From: Octopus bimaculoides
Lineage: Eukaryota
Length of the DNA: 39,368 nt
Assembly: GCF_001194135.2 (NCBI RefSeq)
Contig: NC_068986.1
Coordinates: 84,876,342-84,915,709, forward strand
Reading direction: 5' to 3'
Shown: positions 1-12,539 of the stretch, one piece after another
Numbering within the stretch: the first letter of the stretch is position 1
Layout of the letters: every line of letters begins with the position of its first letter
Notes under the pieces: model-generated
What the model saw: only the letters and a program-made list of their open reading frames with translations
Databases searched by the model: none
Told to the model about the DNA's origin: nothing
Position numbers and translations under genes: made by a program

Positions 1-62
1 TATATATACATACATACATACATACATACATACATACATACATACATACATACATACACACA
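1..62. repeat. (TACA)n microsatellite
   Basis: Near-perfect tetranucleotide array. Confidence 0.95.
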
Positions 63-214
63 CATTTACAGATGAATACAATTTGTGTGATTATATTTAG
101 TTTGCATTTCCGAAATTGTAATAGATTTATAGATGGACTATGAGAATGCACGAAGTTTATTGAATCTGCTTAATCTCACGATTTATGTCAATAAATGTCT
201 TTGTTTACTTTTAG

Positions 215-264
215 TTCAAAATCCAGAGACCAAATATCCAACTAGAGTAAACTCCTTCCACTCG
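215..264 (+). other. Candidate orphan 50-bp exon
   Basis: Pyrimidine tract ttgtttactttttAG before it and G|GTAAGT after it. Only one of three frames is open (xQNPETKYPTRVNSFHS). No partner exon identified. Confidence 0.25.
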
Positions 265-294
265 GTAAGTAGGCTCATTGTAACTTAATTAGTA

Positions 295-444
295 GTATAT
301 ATATGTACACACGCACAGACATACATACACACACACATACACACACACACATACACGAACACACACACACACACAAACACACACATACATACACACAAAC
401 ACACACACGCACGTGCGATCGTGCGAGCGCATGTATGTAATTGC

Positions 445-475
<31 letters not shown>

Positions 476-530
476 TAAAAGTGTATGCATTTAAATATAT
501 CCATATATTAATACAAACACGCACACATAT
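295..530. repeat. Compound (CA)n/(TA)n microsatellite
   Basis: Directly visible; explains the VCVC and YIYI ORFs. Confidence 0.9.
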
Positions 531-1127
531 AATTGAAGGTATAAATAATAACCAGGTAATCATCTCACATTAGCAGTATTTTATGCAGGAAACACGTTGG
601 AAGTGTTGGAACAGCAGAACAAAAGTTACGAGTTTTGATAGTCCCCAAAATATGTTATATCATGGTCAATTATTAAAGTAACTCGCGACCAGACCAAAGC
701 ATGCATATAATTCTTCCAAAATGAAAAACAGTAATTCTAATTAAAGAAAAGAGAATTCTTCATACATGCAAGATTTTGAAATTCTATAAAAAATTAGATA
801 TCATTCACTTTCTCAAACATCACAATTTTCGTTCTTAATGAACTTATGAATAAGCTCGCAACAAAAGGATTTCCACTACTTCAGGCAGATAGACGAAAAG
901 TAAATGTTACTTCATACTGTGTGACTGTGTGACTTTTCTTAAACTATCCGTCTTGAGACAGATTGAAGCGATTGGTCAAAATAACATTTCTCCACAGTCC
1001 CAGTACATCTTCCTCTTAGTAACAACTTGGTCTGTGAAACGATTTCTGAGGTAATTTTATTACACACAGAAAAAAATTAGTAATGTAGTTAAGAGAAGAA
1101 CAATGCCTTTTTCCCTCAATATTGAAT

Positions 1128-1165
1128 GAATGTGTGTATATGTGTGTGTGTGTTTGTTTTTGTGT

Positions 1166-1218
<53 letters not shown>
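1128..1218. repeat. (GT)n microsatellite
   Basis: Directly visible. Confidence 0.95.
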
Positions 1219-1219
<1 letters not shown>

Positions 1220-1311
1220 CTACCTTTCAGGTCTTGCTGGTGCACCGCCATTATCATCACCTTTTCAATGGCCATTTTCTCGTAATTGGGTTTTGGTATG
1301 GAAACTATAGG

Positions 1312-2902
1312 TGGACAGTGTGTCCTCTCTGATATTCGTACTTGGAATGATTCCTTTGAGAGAAATACTACAGAAAACAACGTTTAGGGTGTGGTCTGGG
1401 TAGAAGTAAGGTAAAACTAAACTTCTTGCTATTTATGGATGATCTGAAGCTATTCACAAAAACTGAGGCAGAAATGGACAGCGTAATCCAGTCTGTACGG
1501 ATTTTCTCCAAAAATATTAAAATGGATTTTGAACTCTCAAAATGTGTTACGATGGTGATGAGAAAGCTTGCCAGGACAGAAGGCATATGGTTGCCTAATG
1601 GTGAAGGCAATTCAACCTCAGTGCAGCTACCTGGGAATACTTGAGGCAGATGGAATCAAACACCACGACGTGAAGGAAAAAACAAGAAGAGAGTACCTGC
1701 GGCGAGTGGGGAAGATATAGGTTTCAAAGCTGAATGCCAGAACATGATTTCGGCAATGAACTCGTGCGCAAGCGCGGTATTTCCGTATGACACTGGAATA
1801 TTGAAGTGGACAGAGGAGGAGCTAAAAGAAGCTGGGCAAGGAGCCAATAAATCTAACGATGTTTGGAGCCCATCATCCATGTGCAGACACCGATCGCTTA
1901 TACACGAAGAGAGCAAATGGAGGAAGGGGACTGATAAGTGTGGAAGATTGCGTTCGTATCGAATTTGAGAGCCTAAAGTAAAGAAACTTTGTTAGTGACA
2001 GTTAGTAACGAGGGAGTATTGAGAGCAGAGTAAAAAGGGAAGACAAAGCAAGAAGTACAAAAGGGACAGGGAGAAGAATTACGCAGGAAGGGACTCCACA
2101 ATCAATTCTCTGTAGCCACAACAGAGGTTGCTGGAAAAAATAGGTGGGATTGGCTAATGAAAGGAGCCCTAAACAAGAGAGCACTGATATAGACCGAGAG
2201 CACTATACTGGCAGTGCAAGAACTGGAGAGTCAACCTTAGAAAAAAGCAAGTGTCTCCGCCGTCCCGCAATTGCAGTGGAGTAGATGAAACCATTGCCCA
2301 TATAACGGACGAATGCCCTAGACTTGACCCAAAGCTCTATAAGTTGTGGCAACACGACCAAGTAGCGAAAGTGTTACAATGGTTACTGTGCGAAAAGTGG
2401 GGGCTAGAGAGAGACAAGACGTGGTATGAGCACAAAGCGCAGAGAGAGGCAGAACCGGAGCCTATTAAAATCTTATTTGATTTCCCAATCCGAACAGGTC
2501 AGGTACTACAGCTAACAGACCGGATCTAATGGTGATGGATAAGGTGACCACATATGCTACATAGTTGATGTTGATTGCTCCTTTGACCCACGAATATTCA
2601 AGATGGAAGGCCAAAAGTTAGATACAATCCTCGGCTACGGAAAATGAAGAAGGTGAAGTTAGTGCCAATTGTTGTTGCGTCCTTGAGACCAGTATCAGAA
2701 GGCATCACGAGGAATATAAAGGAAATTGGAATAGAGTGCCCAGTAGAACTGTTACAAAAGTTCGCCTCCTTGGCACGGCCAGAATAATCAGGAAAGTATT
2801 AGCTAGCTGAAAAGAACGGATAGCATGGTACTGTAGGCTGCAGGTAGTAAGCACGCTACACATGCAAGACTCCAGGAGTATCAACAAAGTCTGTTAGAGA
2901 GA

Positions 2903-2967
<65 letters not shown>

Positions 2968-2977
2968 TAATAATAAT
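1312..2977 (+). mobile_element. R4/Dong-type non-LTR retrotransposon with restriction-like endonuclease, 5'-truncated and decayed (copy A), with (AAT)n tail
   Basis: RT segment LLFMDDLKLFTKTEAEMDSVIQSVRIFS..KC, then YLGILEADG, a CCHC knuckle (C..DETIAHITDEC), HDQVAKVLQWLLCEKWG, the endonuclease region and LLGTARIIRKVL. 3' UTR is followed by (AAT)n at 2903-2977. Many frameshifts. Confidence 0.9.
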
Positions 2978-3502
2978 TGATGTAAGCGAAAAATATTACA
3001 TGTTGTGAATGTAGCAAACTAGCTCAAAAGGAATAGAAGAGGTCACTAAGTTTGTTCCCTGGAGATTGTCTGAGAAGTGCGGTCTTAGAAGAACGTGTAA
3101 ATGTTACGAATATGAACCAGAAGGTGTCAAGTTACGAAAAGACGAAATTGCAAAAATGTGGGCAATGAAAAGAGTTAGTTATCTCAGTAGTTGTCAGTGC
3201 ACTCGGACATCTAGCAACCAAGTTCGAGAAATCTCAATTGATATGAGGGTAAAGCATGTTAAAAAAATTGCTCTTCTGGGGACAGAGAGGATTTTGAGAT
3301 TGGGACATGGCTGTTAAGTATCTTCTAAGATACTTAACATCGGGGTACAAAGTTTAATAATACGTGGAAAGAAAGCCTGGAAGCCCCCTGTGAGACCTTT
3401 GACATCAGGTTGTTGTCTGCTTTCACAAAATTAATGGGAGCAATTAAGATGGAGGGCTCTGATATGTAAAATAATAATAATAATGATAATAATAATAATA
3501 AT
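2978..3502 (+). mobile_element. 3' fragment of a second R4/Dong-type subfamily with (AAT)n tail
   Basis: ILHVV/ECSKLAQKE*KR, VTKFVPWRLSEKCGL..YEYEPEGV, an internal deletion, then IAKMWAMK and KKIALLGTERILR. Tail at ~3469-3502. Confidence 0.8.
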
Positions 3503-3505
3503 GAC

Positions 3506-3537
<32 letters not shown>

Positions 3538-3618
3538 ATATATACACATACACACAAACATACACATACACACATATAAGTGTATCAATCTATGTATCTG
3601 TCTATCTGTTTGTGTGTG
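3503..3618. repeat. (TA)n/(CA)n/(TATC) compound microsatellite
   Basis: Directly visible. Confidence 0.85.
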
Positions 3619-5901
3619 TATAATTTACTTTATTTAACATAGATTTGACTTTCTGTCTGATTGAAACATGGAAAGTTTATGAGTTCCGTGGTGTCTTTGG
3701 AATAAAATGTTAAAGATGCTAGTTAGTATATTACTAGGGGCCATATGACGGACTATGATGATCATCTTTTATAATGACATCTGGGAAAACTAGATGCGTA
3801 ATGTATAACGAAGACTATAGTAAAAGCAGACAATAGAAATACAAAAAGAGTGGAGACACAAATAGAAAAGCGTTTTTAACATGTCCATTTAACCCTGCCC
3901 CCATTGTCCGGTGTGCGGTTCCTTTTTAGGATGGTATTGTACAACTTTACAGGTAATCACTATTTCTAGTGATTTTGTGACCTCTTTTTGAGGATTTATT
4001 CTATCATTATACAATACGGCTCACTAATAATCAACATTTGTTTTATTTTTCAGATTGAAAATGGACACGATAACCAAGTTTGAAGATTACACCAATCAAT
4101 TTTTTTTTATTTTGTGATTTTTTTTTATCGGAAATTAAAATTAAATTAGATATAATAATTAAAATGCAAAATTATAAAAATATTTTCGTTTATCAAAAAC
4201 GAATATTAACTGAACCATTTAACCCATGCAAGCGTGGGGTGGCATTTAAAATATTACTAAAATGAATAAATGCATAATATTATAAAAATTGATAACTTTA
4301 CTTCACATGTGGCAATAATAAATTTATCAATCTAGAAGTTTCTCCCTCTTCAAATATTAGTGAATATACAAGCTAAATCTGAAGAAACAGTAACTAAGTA
4401 TGTACTTATATCTATAATTTTATCAAACAATAATAAAGTTTTGCACAATTTCAATACTTTCTCCCAAAGTAAAAGATAGACTTTATATAATTAAAACACA
4501 TTTATTTAATTCTTACTATTAATTTGTAAATATACTAGATTGACATATGGCATTAATGTTCTGAATCAATTTTTAACTTATTTTAATCCTCAGCACACAC
4601 CAGTTTCTTAATTTTAGAATAAATAATTAAAGAAAATCACCTCAGATTATTAATAGAAATATGATGAAATATGTTAATCTTCGTAAAGAAAATGTGTTAA
4701 TTTCTCATTTTTAACTTGAAAAAAGAGGAGTATTCACTTAACATTTAGAGTTATAGATAACATTTCAAAGATACTTGTAAAATGTGTTTTTCATGCAGCC
4801 CTTTAATATACTTCTTTGTACGATATGACTTAGAAAGTAATGCAATTATTATTTGCATTACTTTTTGATTCACACGCGTAATAAGTTCTATTATTTCTCG
4901 AGAAAAGTCTATGTAACAAAAATAAATCTATAGATAAATAAATAAAATATAACACTCTTTATTACTCTTGTTAGATAACGTTCAGTTCACGGCATCCTAT
5001 TTTAAATAAATGATTGAACAGTCCAGAAGATTAACCAGATATTTAGTGCCACATCTTTAGCTGCAATATTATTACATTGTAATATCTGTATTAGCATTTA
5101 TTATATGAAGCAGGGGAAATGAATGAATGTTAAAACAAAGATATATTCTTACATTAAAAATCATGATTTTACAACACCCATTGTATTACTAATTTTAAAA
5201 TTATAATAATTTTCTTATGCGTTAAATAACTTTTAGTAAAAATCTTACGAAATATATTTTTAAATTTTGATTATGTATCCATATAAAATTTTGTAAGATT
5301 TCAATACAGGCTGGCCTGATTAAATATATTTTATACTTCATTGTGACTCAGTGTTTTACTTTAAACATTTTAGCTATTTTCCAGACTACTCACTTCATTA
5401 CTCAGTTGTCGTACAGTTATATGCCTAATAAAAGCTATCGTCAGTATTTATAGGTAAAGTTGGCTCAGTTTTGTTGTTGATATATTCATTGTTGTAGCGT
5501 AAAATACGCGCAACTCATGCTAAATTTCGTCTACAAATTCGATGTAAAATGGACGTTGTAACTACGAAAGCTTATTTATATACAACGGGAAGCTTGAAAT
5601 AAAAAAGAAAAAAGAAATAATTCTCACAATTTTCATAAGATTAATAATACTAGAGTGATTTATTAAATATTGTATGAAATCTATTCCAGATGAATCAGCA
5701 TTATCCCCCCCCCCCATGTCATATTATCGAGAGAACAACTAAAGAATGCATTTCTTAAAGATATATGCATGAAAGTGATGTTGTATGACTAAAGATATCT
5801 AGCACAGCTAAAAGCAAAAAAATTATACCCCTTTTCAGAATTTATGGCCCAATCTCTAACTCTCAGAAGGTTTCCTGAAATATATTGAAAACTAAATATT
5901 A

Positions 5902-6110
5902 ACCGGCAAAATCTTTAGCACACCGAGCAAAACGCTTCACGGCATTTCGTCCGTCTTTACTTTCTGAGTGTAACTTCTGCTGAGGTTACTTTTCCTTTCA
6001 ACCGTCTTGAGGATTATAAAATAAGTACCAGTTGAACACTGGGGTCGATGTAATCGACTAGTCCCCTTACCGAACTTGCTGGCCTTGTACCAAAATTTGA
6101 AACCAATATT
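5902..6110 (+). mobile_element. SINE, family also present at 21660 and 34417
   Basis: Aligns by eye to 34417-34630 (cttcgtc(c/t)gtctttac..tgag, aaataagtaccagtt..cactggggtc(g/a)atgtaat). Confidence 0.8.
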
Positions 6111-6679
6111 AACTGTGTGAAACCATAAACTAGCTCAACTGATATTACATAAAGAAGACAATTTAATTTCCAGGTTCTCATATTTATTTATTATCTTACT
6201 TCGTGTTCCGCTTGAAGTCAAATGCAAGACTGCTGGCTCATCTTATCTAGAAAGTTAAAAGATGCGTTTCAGAGTCTAAATTTTCGAACAAAAAAAAAGA
6301 GAATAAACAGAAAAAGATCAAAGTTTTATACTTTATTTCATTAATTATAAAGGCCGAGATTAGTGGTCACTCATGGCATTTTTTCAATGCTGCAGCTGAC
6401 GTACAATGAACAAGCTTTTATTCTTTCCTCAATATGAGTTTATTAGACGGATACATTTTCCCTATTTAATACAGCTTCGTGAAGTAATTCCTAATTCGCA
6501 TATGAGGTTTAAAACTGAATCAAAGAAGATAATTTCGTGCTTGGTTTGTAAATGGCTTTCAATTCTCCATGACTGATTAAATTTTCCTCAACTGCAACTG
6601 CTCACCAATACATGAAGCAATTGCTGAAAAAAGAAGTCAGAAAATCCTAAAATTTAGCCTGAACATTCCTTACACACAT

Positions 6680-9150
6680 ACATTCTTTCGTCCAACGTTG
6701 TCGACGATGACCAAGGACATCGCATGGGAGAAGACGGGTCACGATATGTCTGGATGTGGCGATTAGTCCGATGCATGCTCGGAACGATCTGCTGAAGATT
6801 GGGCACTGATGGTTTACTGAAAGTAAAGAGTTGTCTCTGGACTTGCGCAGTTCTTTGTGCCCCGACAATCTTGTTCAGTTCCTAGGAAATAGTATCTCTA
6901 TTGGTGCAGCGTCACTAGGCAAGGCGGATTTGTGTTTGCATTTCCCAGGTGCCACGTTTGATCGAAAAGCTCTTCAGTGAGACTTTCAATGTATCTTCGA
7001 GCCTCTTCTGTCCACCTTGCGTGCGCTTGCCTTCCACCAGTTTGCTATAAACAGTCTCTTCGGGAGTCGTGTGTGAGGCATTAAGACGAAGTGGCCTTTC
7101 CTCCTGACTTGTGCTCTCCTCAGCAGTGTGTAAATGCTTGACAGATTAGTTCGGAAGAGGAGCTCCGTATCTGGGACATTGTCTTGCCAGGTGATTTTCA
7201 AAAGCTTTCTCAGACAGTTCACGTGGAAGCCGTTAAACTGTTTGGCGTGGCGTTCGTAAACCGTCCAAATCTTGAAGGCGCACAGTAGCCTAGGCAGTAC
7301 AACTGCTTGGTATAACTTCAACTTGGTTGCCAGCCTATTATCTCTCTTTTCCCACACTGGTTCACGTAGATGCACGAAAGCAGAGCTTCTCTCTGTGAAG
7401 CGTGTTTCGAATTCATCGACAGTGTTTACAGATCTAGAGAATATGCCAGATTCAAGATACGTGAACTTAATAAAAACCTTCAGGATTTCCACTTTAACAG
7501 TGATAGTTAGTTCTACAGCCTCTGCGGGGCAGGTTAGTGCATGACTTCTGCTTTCTGAGTACTGGTTGTAGGATCAACTTTGTTGCAGGCAATCGTAAAG
7601 CAGTTCATTGTTCATGCTCTGTTGCATCTGAGCCTCTGTGGCGGCGTCGAGCGCGCACTCGTATGAGAACAGAAAGATGCGCACTGAATCCTCTTTCACC
7701 TTGGTCTTGGCCTGTAGTCACTGCTGGCTGAAGAGCCTTCCACAGTCCTGAATCTGATCTTGACGCTGTTTTCGTTGACGTCACAGAAAACATCTGATAA
7801 CATAGTTAGGAACGTCATGCAGAAGAGCGTATGTACGAGTACTCGGCACTTATTTCCGTTAGTAACTAGAAATGTATCGAAAGAATCTCCATTGTCCTCG
7901 ACTCGAGTGAGCATGCCGCCGAGAAACTGACACAACATGCTGATGAATTTTTCCGGACAGCTGTATTTTCTCAATATCATCCAAAGCCCCTCACGACTGA
8001 CGGCGTCAAAGGACTTGGTTAAATCAACAAACGTCGTGTGTAGGTCCCTGTTCTATTCATGACATTTCGCATGAAGTTGGCGTGGCACAAAGATCGTGTC
8101 GATCGTCCCACTGCCATCTCTCATCTCTCACTCACTCTCTGGTAGATGTCCGTCTTCCAAGTGATGAGTAAAGCGGTTAAGGTGGACGTTTGCTAATCTC
8201 TTGCCAGCGATGCTAAGGAGAGAAATTCCTCAGCCGTCGTCACACGGTTGCCTGTTTTCCTTTCTCCTGTAGAGATGGAATATAGCAGCACCTTTGAGCT
8301 CCTGATGAACAATTTCCAGTTACCACATAGTCTGAAAGAGATTGGTGATCTTCTCTGCCATCAGTGGTCACCACGCCTTGTACATTTCAGCTGGGATGGA
8401 GTTAGTGTCTGATACCTTGCTACTTTAAGGAATTCTAACAATATTATTGATCTCTTGTTTCTACTGGAGGCTCTATCAGAGGAATATTGATGTCAGTTGG
8501 GACATGCGAACAATGGCCTCAGTGTTCATAGAGGAAGTTCTACTCAGGATGTTCTTGAAGTACTCTGCCCAATTTCTCAGTCCACCTTCCCGGGATTTCA
8601 TCGTTGTCAGTGAGGTGTAAGCTATTGTCCATATTGAGCAGCGGTGATGTTCCAGAAGACTGTGAGTTGAAGAGGCATCTGAGTGTGATGTATTAACTTG
8701 TGTGTGATATATCTCATTCTCTCTTGTCTCTTCCTATCTGATTCCAATGGCAGGACGAAGTGAAGACAAGAGATAGGTCAGAATGCAATGGATGGAAACG
8801 GTGCCCTTCATGTATCACTCTGTACAGTTCGCGCTCCACAACGCTTGCTGGTTCGGCTTCATACCTGTTGAACGAATCTTGTGGAATCTTCCACACAGTC
8901 CGCCGGGTCTAGCCTTCACATGCAAAGATAGACAAAAGCTAGCCCAACTAGGATTGAAAGCCATCGATTACACTAACCAAGTTTCAGCCAGGTTGTGGAA
9001 GCTGTTGTTCGGGGTGTGGTTGCTGTTGCATGCAAACAGCTTCGAGGAGCCATAGGTGAGAGTTGGATGTCAAGTGAAGGACAAATCGGACGAACTACTC
9101 CAAAGAGCACCACATCTTACCTCGCATTATCCCACTCAGACACCCCTTAC
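6680..9150 (-). mobile_element. RTE-clade (BovB-like) LINE retaining both ends, internally deleted and inactivated
   Basis: Minus-strand peptides: APE start (WKIPQDS..ERELYRV), RT (HTTFVDLTKSFDAVSREGLWMILRKYSCPEKFISM), thumb (KFTYL..RLATKLKLYQAVVLPRLL..WTVYERHAKQ..FH.NCLRKLLKITWQD) and a C-terminal CP...RSFR..IGL finger remnant. 3' end resembles tggtcatcgtcgacaacg. Confidence 0.9.
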
Positions 9151-9164
9151 ACTCGCACACAGTA

Positions 9165-9268
9165 TGTATGTATATATATATATGTGTGTGTGTGTATGTG
9201 TGTGTGTGTGTGTGTATGTGTGTGTGTGTGAGTGTGTGTGCGTGTGTGAGTATGTGTGCGTGCGTGTA

Positions 9269-9341
<73 letters not shown>
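9165..9341. repeat. (GT)n-rich microsatellite
   Basis: Directly visible. Confidence 0.95.
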
Positions 9342-9481
9342 AAGTGAGTAGAGAAATGAAATAAGGGCATTCAATATATATTGGGAGTTATATGTATTGA
9401 TTAAAATAACCTGATTCAGAATCCCTGGTATTCAGAGTTTCAAGTAATCTTCTGCCAATGATTCTGAATCAAACTGTTTTG

Positions 9482-9529
<48 letters not shown>
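9482..9529. repeat. (ATCT)n microsatellite
   Basis: Directly visible. Confidence 0.95.
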
Positions 9530-9599
9530 GTAAATAAGAGGAATGACCGCTAGGTGGATTCCTAATATGCTAGAGGAAGACCCCATATGGTCTGACCAC

Positions 9600-10380
9600 T
9601 AAGAAAAATTGTTCTCAAGGAATTTCAGTAAACGCCAGAGCGTAAAGCGAGCAAGACAAATGAAAAGATACAAAATTTGGTGATAAGTCACATACCTAGA
9701 TTTCATTATTACCATTTACATTACGTAAAAGTCCGCAAATCATCAGTGTGACCGTCATGGAAAATATAATTTACAGAACTATACACGAGACATCCTCACA
9801 AGATAAGGTTACGAAACATTCTTCATGCAAAATGCAGACTAGAAACCAGTTATATCGCATCGTCAGTCACGCGGGTCACCAAGGAACGCATCCCTCAGGG
9901 AGGAACGAATCTGAGGTCGAAAAGTTGAAAATTGAAACAAACTCTTCTGAAAAATGATCTTGAAGGAATTCAGATTCGAGAAATCAACCCAGACACCTTA
10001 AGACAAACACCAAATAAAACAAACGTCGAAAGAAGCATTAAAACTAGATGGACAAGCTCGCCGTTGTTAATAATATTGGGCATCTGTAAACAGTCTAATC
10101 AATAAAGATTCACAACGCCGCAGGCTACCTAGATTTTCAAAGCGTTTAGGTGAAAGGCAGAAGAAACTGGATTTCCTTAACGGATATCAGTGTATCGTAG
10201 GTTCAACACAGAGCTACGACTAAATTCATTCAGTTGAGTATATTGGAGTAACAGGAAATTCTTAAGAATACATGTCGCAACGTCCAGTAGCAAGACCCAA
10301 CACATAAACATTATTGGCTCAGTTCACAAATTGCAAGAATACACGCCTTCATATCTCTAAACATAACGACCACAACGTTA
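9600..10380 (+). mobile_element. Possible very old R4-like LINE remnant
   Basis: Weak motifs only: KLDGQ..INKDSQ..ETGF and CR..HIIGS.HKL..KHND resemble the linker and CCHC region of copy A. Confidence 0.3.
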
Positions 10381-10521
10381 TAATTTTGTTGAGACAGCAT
10401 GAGCTCCCACATTACACATAATAGAAGGGTTTGGTTGGGCGGTTGAAATGCTCGGGCCCCTATTAGAAGGAAACGAGTTCGAACATCAGGAAATGTCATA
10501 TGACCCAGCCCACTTAGCTGC

Positions 10522-10607
10522 ACATACATACATACATAAATACATACATTCATACATACATATATACATACATACCTACATACATACATATTTCTGTCCG
10601 TCTGTCC

Positions 10608-10645
<38 letters not shown>

Positions 10646-10674
10646 GTTTGTCTCTGTCTGTCTGTCTGTCTTTC

Positions 10675-10746
<72 letters not shown>

Positions 10747-10750
10747 CACA
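10522..10750. repeat. Compound (TACA)n/(TGTC)n/(TATC)n microsatellite
   Basis: Directly visible. Confidence 0.95.
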
Positions 10751-10751
10751 T

Positions 10752-10872
10752 ATATTGTTTTTTATGACCACCTCACATGCATGGCCAACGCTACTAAAAA
10801 TTTCACGCATTGAACCCATGTATGTTCTTCTGGTGTGGGCCATACTTGTGAGGTGGTCATAAAAAACAATAT
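10752..10872. repeat. 121-bp inverted repeat or hairpin (35-bp arms, 33/35 matched), possible MITE
   Basis: atattgttttttatgaccacctcacatgcatggcc (10752-10786) pairs with ggccatacttgtgaggtggtcataaaaaacaatat (10838-10872). Confidence 0.8.
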
Positions 10873-10920
10873 TTACTCTCGTTAGATGGTACACACTTTT
10901 TGTTATACCTGTTTTCTACA

Positions 10921-10961
<41 letters not shown>

Positions 10962-11134
10962 CAACCAAGGTAGCGAGTTTGAATATCTCTATAGGAGATG
11001 AAAGCAGTAACTATAATGAGTAGTAATGTTTATCGCCACGTAGGAAACGAGGCTACTACTATTCTAATCCCAGGTGGACGCCTCAATCCTTCAGCTGTTT
11101 ATTGATGCAATCTGCACCCGATATATATTGCATG

Positions 11135-12228
11135 CCTCCTCCTCCTCCTCCTCCTCCTCCTCCTCCTTCTTCTTCTTCTTCTTCTTCTTCTTCTTCTCCT
11201 NNNNNNNNNNNNNNNNNNNNNNNNNNNNNNNNNNNNNNNNNNNNNNNNNNNNNNNNNNNNNNNNNNNNNNNNNNNNNNNNNNNNNNNNNNNNNNNNNNNN
11301 NNNNNNNNNNNNNNNNNNNNNNNNNNNNNNNNNNNNNNNNNNNNNNNNNNNNNNNNNNNNNNNNNNNNNNNNNNNNNNNNNNNNNNNNNNNNNNNNNNNN
11401 NNNNNNNNNNNNNNNNNNNNNNNNNNNNNNNNNNNNNNNNNNNNNNNNNNNNNNNNNNNNNNNNNNNNNNNNNNNNNNNNNNNNNNNNNNNNNNNNNNNN
11501 NNNNNNNNNNNNNNNNNNNNNNNNNNNNNNNNNNNNNNNNNNNNNNNNNNNNNNNNNNNNNNNNNNNNNNNNNNNNNNNNNNNNNNNNNNNNNNNNNNNN
11601 NNNNNNNNNNNNNNNNNNNNNNNNNNNNNNNNNNNNNNNNNNNNNNNNNNNNNNNNNNNNNNNNNNNNNNNNNNNNNNNNNNNNNNNNNNNNNNNNNNNN
11701 NNNNNNNNNNNNNNNNNNNNNNNNNNNNNNNNNNNNNNNNNNNNNNNNNNNNNNNNNNNNNNNNNNNNNNNNNNNNNNNNNNNNNNNNNNNNNNNNNNNN
11801 NNNNNNNNNNNNNNNNNNNNNNNNNNNNNNNNNNNNNNNNNNNNNNNNNNNNNNNNNNNNNNNNNNNNNNNNNNNNNNNNNNNNNNNNNNNNNNNNNNNN
11901 NNNNNNNNNNNNNNNNNNNNNNNNNNNNNNNNNNNNNNNNNNNNNNNNNNNNNNNNNNNNNNNNNNNNNNNNNNNNNNNNNNNNNNNNNNNNNNNNNNNN
12001 NNNNNNNNNNNNNNNNNNNNNNNNNNNNNNNNNNNNNNNNNNNNNNNNNNNNNNNNNNNTTCCTCCTCCTCCACTTCTTCTTCCTCCTCCTCCACTTCTT
12101 CTTCCTCCTCCTCCACTTCTTCTTCCTCCTCCTCCACTTTTTCTTCCTCCTCCTCCTCCTTGTTTGTTGTTGTTGTTGTTGTTGTTGCTGCTGCTGTTGC
12201 TGCTGTTGCTGTTTTTGTTGCTGTTATC
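11135..12228. repeat. (CCT)n/(CTT)n and (GTT)/(GCT) trinucleotide repeats around an assembly gap (N 11201-12059)
   Basis: Directly visible. Confidence 0.9.
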
Positions 12229-12330
12229 ATTTGAGCGACTTTTTAGAGAATCAACTATTTTCGAATTGACGATGTTTTTTTACAATGTAAGCAGTACGCA
12301 TGAGATCGGTTTTTGTAGTTCTTATATTTT
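12161..12330 (-). mobile_element. Short 3' end of an R4-type LINE with (CAA/CAG)-type tail, inverted relative to 12634-12772
   Basis: Reverse complement reads ELQKPISCVL/DLMRTAYIV-like sequence and matches 12634-12772 at roughly 90% by eye in the unique part. Confidence 0.65.
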
Positions 12331-12349
12331 ATGCTACTTGTACTATTCT

Positions 12350-12402
12350 GTCTTTCTTTCTCTTTCTCTCTGTCTTTCTCTGTCTCTGTTTCTGTCTGTC
12401 TC

Positions 12403-12480
<78 letters not shown>
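12350..12480. repeat. (TGTC)n/(CT)n microsatellite
   Basis: Directly visible. Confidence 0.95.
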
Positions 12481-12481
<1 letters not shown>

Positions 12482-12539
12482 AGGAATTTAAAGCTTTGGC
12501 TACAGATTGAAGAAATTAGCTCAGTGTATACTGACTCTT

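Noticed and set aside
275-563. ORFs such as VCVCVC, HTHTHT, SLSLSL and YIYIYI here and throughout the window
   Set aside because: They are translations of microsatellites with no coding signal.
4037-4110. Strong acceptor-like ttttatttttcAG at ~4052
   Set aside because: All frames close quickly and there is no convincing donor.
3886-4230. ccatttaaccc twice, resembling piggyBac TTAA-CCC ends
   Set aside because: The copies are direct rather than inverted, only 11 bp long, and no transposase remnant is present.
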